Below are positions 60,280 through 64,000 of a DNA stretch of 64,000 bases, in pieces. Location: the IMG/VR virus record IMGVR_UViG_3300034375_010798; one strand, 5' to 3'. This DNA comes from a virus. The translations under genes and the position numbers were made by a program. Numbering within the stretch: position 1 is the stretch's first letter; each line of letters begins with the position of its first letter. The notes beneath the pieces are model-generated. The model was not told where the DNA came from and searched no databases. It was given only the letters and a program-made list of their open reading frames with translations.

Positions 60280-61113
60280 ATGAAACATAATAAGTATAGA
60301 AATATTGGTGTTTTGTTTGAATCAATGATTCACTATACTATGGGATTAGTTTCTGAGGGTAAAACTACTCAAGCTTCACAAATGATGAAGATAATCAGAA
60401 ATAATTTCATGAAAAAGACAACAATATCTGAAGCATATAACGTATTTTCACAACTTTTGTATACAGAGGCAATAAACTACTTTCATGCAAGTAGGTTTTA
60501 TAGTAATTTAAGAAAAGAGTATAATCGTATTGATGATAAGGTATTAAATGCCGAAATATCTAATATGAAAAGACAAATTAAAGAAAATTTTAATTTGAAA
60601 GAAGTTCTTAATACAAAAATTCCTAATTACAAACTATTTTCAAGTTTTCAGATATGTTCATTGAAGGAAAATACTTATTTATCTTCTAAAAATCAAACTA
60701 ATTTAGAACAGTTTATTATGGAACACCTTATTAACAATAAGGAGTTGAAGAAACTTAGTGAAAATAATATTGTTGTTGAAGAATACCCCAAAGAACAACA
60801 AAAGATTGATAAAATAGCAATGGCTATTGCTTTTAATAATTTTAAGAAGAGTTTTCGCGGTAAATTAACAGAAAATCAAATACAATACCTAATAAATTTT
60901 TATTCTATGAATTCAAAATCATTTAATAAGTGGGTTATGAAAGAAATTGATGGTATGGTAAATGATATATCCTCAGAAAAAATTGTCGTTGAAAACGAAG
61001 GGTTACGAACAAAGTTAGAATTAGCTGTAGAAAGATTAAAAAATATAAAAGAAATTAACAGTGATAATATCGTTGAAGTTTTGTTATTTGTAGAACTTTG
61101 TGATAACCTGTAG
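60280..61113 (+). CDS. Conserved head-module hypothetical protein
   Basis: MKHNKYRNIGVLFE N-terminus; follows the portal. Confidence 0.7.
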   Translation: MKHNKYRNIGVLFESMIHYTMGLVSEGKTTQASQMMKIIRNNFMKKTTISEAYNVFSQLLYTEAINYFHASRFYSNLRKEYNRIDDKVLNAEISNMKRQIKENFNLKEVLNTKIPNYKLFSSFQICSLKENTYLSSKNQTNLEQFIMEHLINNKELKKLSENNIVVEEYPKEQQKIDKIAMAIAFNNFKKSFRGKLTENQIQYLINFYSMNSKSFNKWVMKEIDGMVNDISSEKIVVENEGLRTKLELAVERLKNIKEINSDNIVEVLLFVELCDNL

Positions 61114-61131
61114 AATTATTGGAGAATAATA

Positions 61132-61770
61132 ATGGCATTAATTGATTTGTGGAAACAAAGAGTAGCAGACAATTTAAGTGGGGTTTCTAATCTGAACGTC
61201 ACCGACGCGAACGCTGGAGGATATAAAGGACATAATAGTCCAGATCGACCAGAAGAAGATACTCTTATTAAAAACAAAAGCACCGACGCCGCGGAGGGTG
61301 TAGCTTATTTTAAAGGGTTAGAAAAACCCAGCACCCAAACGCCGGGTTCCATGAAAACGAAGACCCCATTCACTAATGACAATATTGGAAACGCAACTGC
61401 AGATGGATTTTCTACCGTCTTCGGAAATCCTCCAACGGCTGACAGCGTATTTAGTGCCGATAATTTTACACCACATCAAGCTGGCCAAACCGACAGTGGC
61501 TCCGTTCCGGGTTTCGGCCGAGGAGTAACGGGGAGACTATATGATATAGCTGCAGCGCAGGCTGACTATTCTACCGAACCCGCCGCCACCGGCGATTCCT
61601 CCTCTACCGGCACTACAGAAACTGGCGAAGATACTACAGAAACTGGCGAAGATGCAGCTGGGGACCGACCGAACTTCGCAGATTGGAAGGCCGACCAGCC
61701 GGGAGGCCATGGAACAGTAGGTGAATATCGCACTGAGTTTGGCATCGGCCCATCGGAACATATAATTTAA
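61132..61770 (+). CDS. Low-complexity acidic/Gly/Thr protein, GC-richer than its flanks
   Basis: GGAG RBS; TTETGED repeat. Confidence 0.65.
   Translation: MALIDLWKQRVADNLSGVSNLNVTDANAGGYKGHNSPDRPEEDTLIKNKSTDAAEGVAYFKGLEKPSTQTPGSMKTKTPFTNDNIGNATADGFSTVFGNPPTADSVFSADNFTPHQAGQTDSGSVPGFGRGVTGRLYDIAAAQADYSTEPAATGDSSSTGTTETGEDTTETGEDAAGDRPNFADWKADQPGGHGTVGEYRTEFGIGPSEHII
61612..61653 (+). repeat. 21-nt tandem duplication (ACTACAGAAACTGGCGAAGAT)x2
   Basis: Seen directly. Confidence 0.9.
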
Positions 61771-62244
61771 ATGAATAAGAAAAATGAAACATCGGTAGTT
61801 GGAGCAGTAGCTGGGTTTACTGCTCCTCTATCTGGCGCACCCATAAGGAAGAATATAAAAAGAAAGAGAAAATCAATGAAGAAGAAGGCATCTAGAAAAG
61901 TTCCATACAACAAAGTAGATGAGCAATCGCATGAGGTTGTAAGAGATACAATATTTAATATTCTTTTAGAGAGTAAGAACGAAGAAAAGATAGGTTATAT
62001 AATGTCGCTTTTTGAAGGTATTAATAAGCAGATGGGTGTTAGTATGGGATATACTAAGACATTCATTACTGACGGTTTAAAGATGGGTGAATTAGATAAA
62101 GCAAAGAAGTTAAGTTTTCGTAGAGCTAAGACAGAGTTAGGTCATGTTAAGAGATTAGTAGATGACTTAGATGTTTTAATCAATCAAATTTATGAAATAA
62201 GTAATCGTCGCGAAGATGATGGTGAGGAAGAAGAAAGAGATTAA
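61771..62244 (+). CDS. Hypothetical head-module protein
   Basis: NETSVVGAVAGFTAP, basic patch, ILLE. Confidence 0.65.
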   Translation: MNKKNETSVVGAVAGFTAPLSGAPIRKNIKRKRKSMKKKASRKVPYNKVDEQSHEVVRDTIFNILLESKNEEKIGYIMSLFEGINKQMGVSMGYTKTFITDGLKMGELDKAKKLSFRRAKTELGHVKRLVDDLDVLINQIYEISNRREDDGEEEERD

Positions 62245-62246
62245 AA

Positions 62247-62858
62247 ATGACAGAGATTATTAACAATAATGCATCCCCAAACTTAATTCATTCTTTTCTT
62301 TTATTTGAGTATGACGATGTTAAGCCATCAAAATCTAGTGATGGTATACTTAAAATGAAGGGTATTATTCAAGCAGCTGGTAAACCAAACGCAAATAATA
62401 GAATTTACCCTCGTCAAGTTTTAGAAAGAGAAGATCAAAAATATCAAGAATTAGTTAAGGATAGAAGAGCTTTAGGTGAATTAGATCACCCCGATAGCCC
62501 CATAGTTCAGTTAGAGAATGTTTCTCACTTAGTAACTGAAACAAGATGGGATGGTGAAAACTTGGTTGGTGAAATAGAAGTATTGGATACACCTAAAGGT
62601 CAGATACTTGGTAAGTTAGTAGAAAGAAATGTTAAGTTAGGTATTTCTTCAAGAGGTCTTGGTAGTGTAAGTAGAAATCATGAAGGATACGATATTGTAG
62701 AGGATGACTTTAACTTAGTATGTTACGATATGGTTAGTAACCCCTCAACAAGTAATGCATATATGCATTTACAGGAAAGTGCTGTTTATAGAACACTAAT
62801 AAAACAAAACAAGTATTTGAAAATTGAAGGTGTGTTAGACGAAATATTAGGGCTATAA
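62247..62858 (+). CDS. Prohead core protein protease (T4 gp21-like)
   Basis: GIIQAA..PNANNRIYP, ALGELDHP, VSH, LDTPKGQI, GISSRGLGS, DMVSNPST. Confidence 0.95.
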   Translation: MTEIINNNASPNLIHSFLLFEYDDVKPSKSSDGILKMKGIIQAAGKPNANNRIYPRQVLEREDQKYQELVKDRRALGELDHPDSPIVQLENVSHLVTETRWDGENLVGEIEVLDTPKGQILGKLVERNVKLGISSRGLGSVSRNHEGYDIVEDDFNLVCYDMVSNPSTSNAYMHLQESAVYRTLIKQNKYLKIEGVLDEILGL

Positions 62859-62859
62859 A

Positions 62860-63228
62860 ATGAAACTTAGAGATGTTTTAAAAGAGGCGGATTTTTATGT
62901 TCCACAAGCAGAACCTCATTCCAACTATCATGGCAGAAATCCAGCATCATTTTCTGCCTATAACGTTGGTTACAGACCTACACCCGGCAATAATGTTGAT
63001 GACAAACTAACACAAACATTGGATGCAGATATCGAAGCTCAGTTAATAGACAGAGCTATTGATATATTATATGATGAATATCCAGAACTAGTTAAAGATA
63101 AGAAGATAAAAAGACATTTCCTGCAAATGTTAATTGGTAAAGTTACTTCTGGAGAAATCCCACATCAAATTAGTTTGGAGAATTTCATAAAAAGATTATG
63201 GAAAACTAAAAAGATAAAGGTGGGATAA
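62860..63228 (+). CDS. Hypothetical protein, MKL leader
   Basis: MKLRDVLKEA; directly after the protease. Confidence 0.7.
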   Translation: MKLRDVLKEADFYVPQAEPHSNYHGRNPASFSAYNVGYRPTPGNNVDDKLTQTLDADIEAQLIDRAIDILYDEYPELVKDKKIKRHFLQMLIGKVTSGEIPHQISLENFIKRLWKTKKIKVG

Positions 63229-63229
63229 A

Positions 63230-64000
63230 ATGCCATTAACAGATAATAGTGTAACAAGACATATAGACCCTAGTGGTGATGAAATAAAAGCTTTTCTTGA
63301 TGATGACGGGACGTATGTTCAAGCTGTGGCTCTTGTTGATGAGAATGGTGATTTAGCAACTCCTAATAATCCTTACAAAATAAACATTAGTCAAGTCAAC
63401 GGTTCAGCTGGCGATTCATTTGGTAGATTAAGAGTATCAAATCTATATCCTTTATTTGAAACAACTAGTAGATATGATATAGATAAATCTATTTGGGTAA
63501 AAAATGAAGTATTAGGTGGTTCTGTAACACATTCAACAGCTGATGCATCTATACAACTTTCTACAGATACTCAAAACACATCTTCTGCAAAGTTATTAAC
63601 AAAGAAAAACTTTAGATATAGCCCCGGTAAAAGTCAATTGATAATGCAAACGTTATCTGTTGTAAATCCAACAGAAGCAAACTGTGATAGGCGTTGGGGT
63701 TATTTTGATGATAATGATGGTTTATTTTTTGCAATAGAGGGTGGTGTTTTTGGTGTTGTTATAAGAAGTGGAACACAAAACACATTTATACCACAAACTA
63801 GTTTTAATCGTGATACATTAAATGGTAATGGAGGTAGTGGTTTTAGTATTGATTTAACCAAAGCCAATATATATCAGATATCATTTCAGTTTTTGGGTGT
63901 AGGTATAGTTGAATTTGGTGTTTATTCTCCATCTGGTGAGTTTATAGTTGCTCATGTGTTTGAGAACGCCAATCAGAATATATATAGTTATATGGATACG
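63230..64000 (+). CDS. Virion structural protein, 3'-truncated (not in ORF track)
   Basis: MPLTDNSVTRH...GDSFGRLRVS...FRYSPGKSQ...RRWGYFDDNDGLFF; open to the window end. Confidence 0.7.
   Translation, partial: MPLTDNSVTRHIDPSGDEIKAFLDDDGTYVQAVALVDENGDLATPNNPYKINISQVNGSAGDSFGRLRVSNLYPLFETTSRYDIDKSIWVKNEVLGGSVTHSTADASIQLSTDTQNTSSAKLLTKKNFRYSPGKSQLIMQTLSVVNPTEANCDRRWGYFDDNDGLFFAIEGGVFGVVIRSGTQNTFIPQTSFNRDTLNGNGGSGFSIDLTKANIYQISFQFLGVGIVEFGVYSPSGEFIVAHVFENANQNIYSYMDT

Noticed and set aside
56464-62858. Prophage, crAss-like or NCLDV assignment
   Set aside because: Terminase, portal and protease are T4-type; no integrase, att site or host housekeeping flank in the window
1-64000. Stop-codon reassignment (alternative genetic code)
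   Set aside because: Core genes are full length in the standard code, and TAA, TAG and TGA all serve as stops at gene ends

Overview
A 64-kb, AT-rich (about 30% GC by eye) segment of a large lytic tailed dsDNA phage. It has a T4-superfamily head module (gp17-like terminase, gp20-like portal, gp21-like prohead protease) and a DnaE (PolIII alpha) replicase. Essentially all genes are on the + strand and use the standard code. Gene order: tail/baseplate and LamG lectin genes (1-9.3 kb); large hypotheticals; a heptose/glycosyltransferase island (13.1-20.5 kb); a replication/recombination/nucleotide block (SSB, RecA, 5'-3' exonuclease, helicase, NrdJ, two deaminases, DnaE, Dam, RuvC-like resolvase, primase, fused SbcD-SbcC; 21-46 kb); holin plus DUF5675-like putative lysin; Hsp20; a compact tmRNA (50943-51226); a run of small ORFs sharing an N-terminal MKLxxLLxE leader; then WYL, terminase, portal and protease. 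The most interesting signals are: (i) the MKL..E leader family, which looks like a capsid-targeting/protease-cleavage tag marking a set of head cargo proteins, possibly including a WYL protein coupled to the terminase; (ii) an unannotated structured element at 23684-23835; (iii) an unannotated metallothionein-like ORF; (iv) the HldC + GT9 glycan island; (v) apparent avoidance of CCWGG and GTAC, visible in codon choice. All family assignments come from motif recognition by eye, not database searches.
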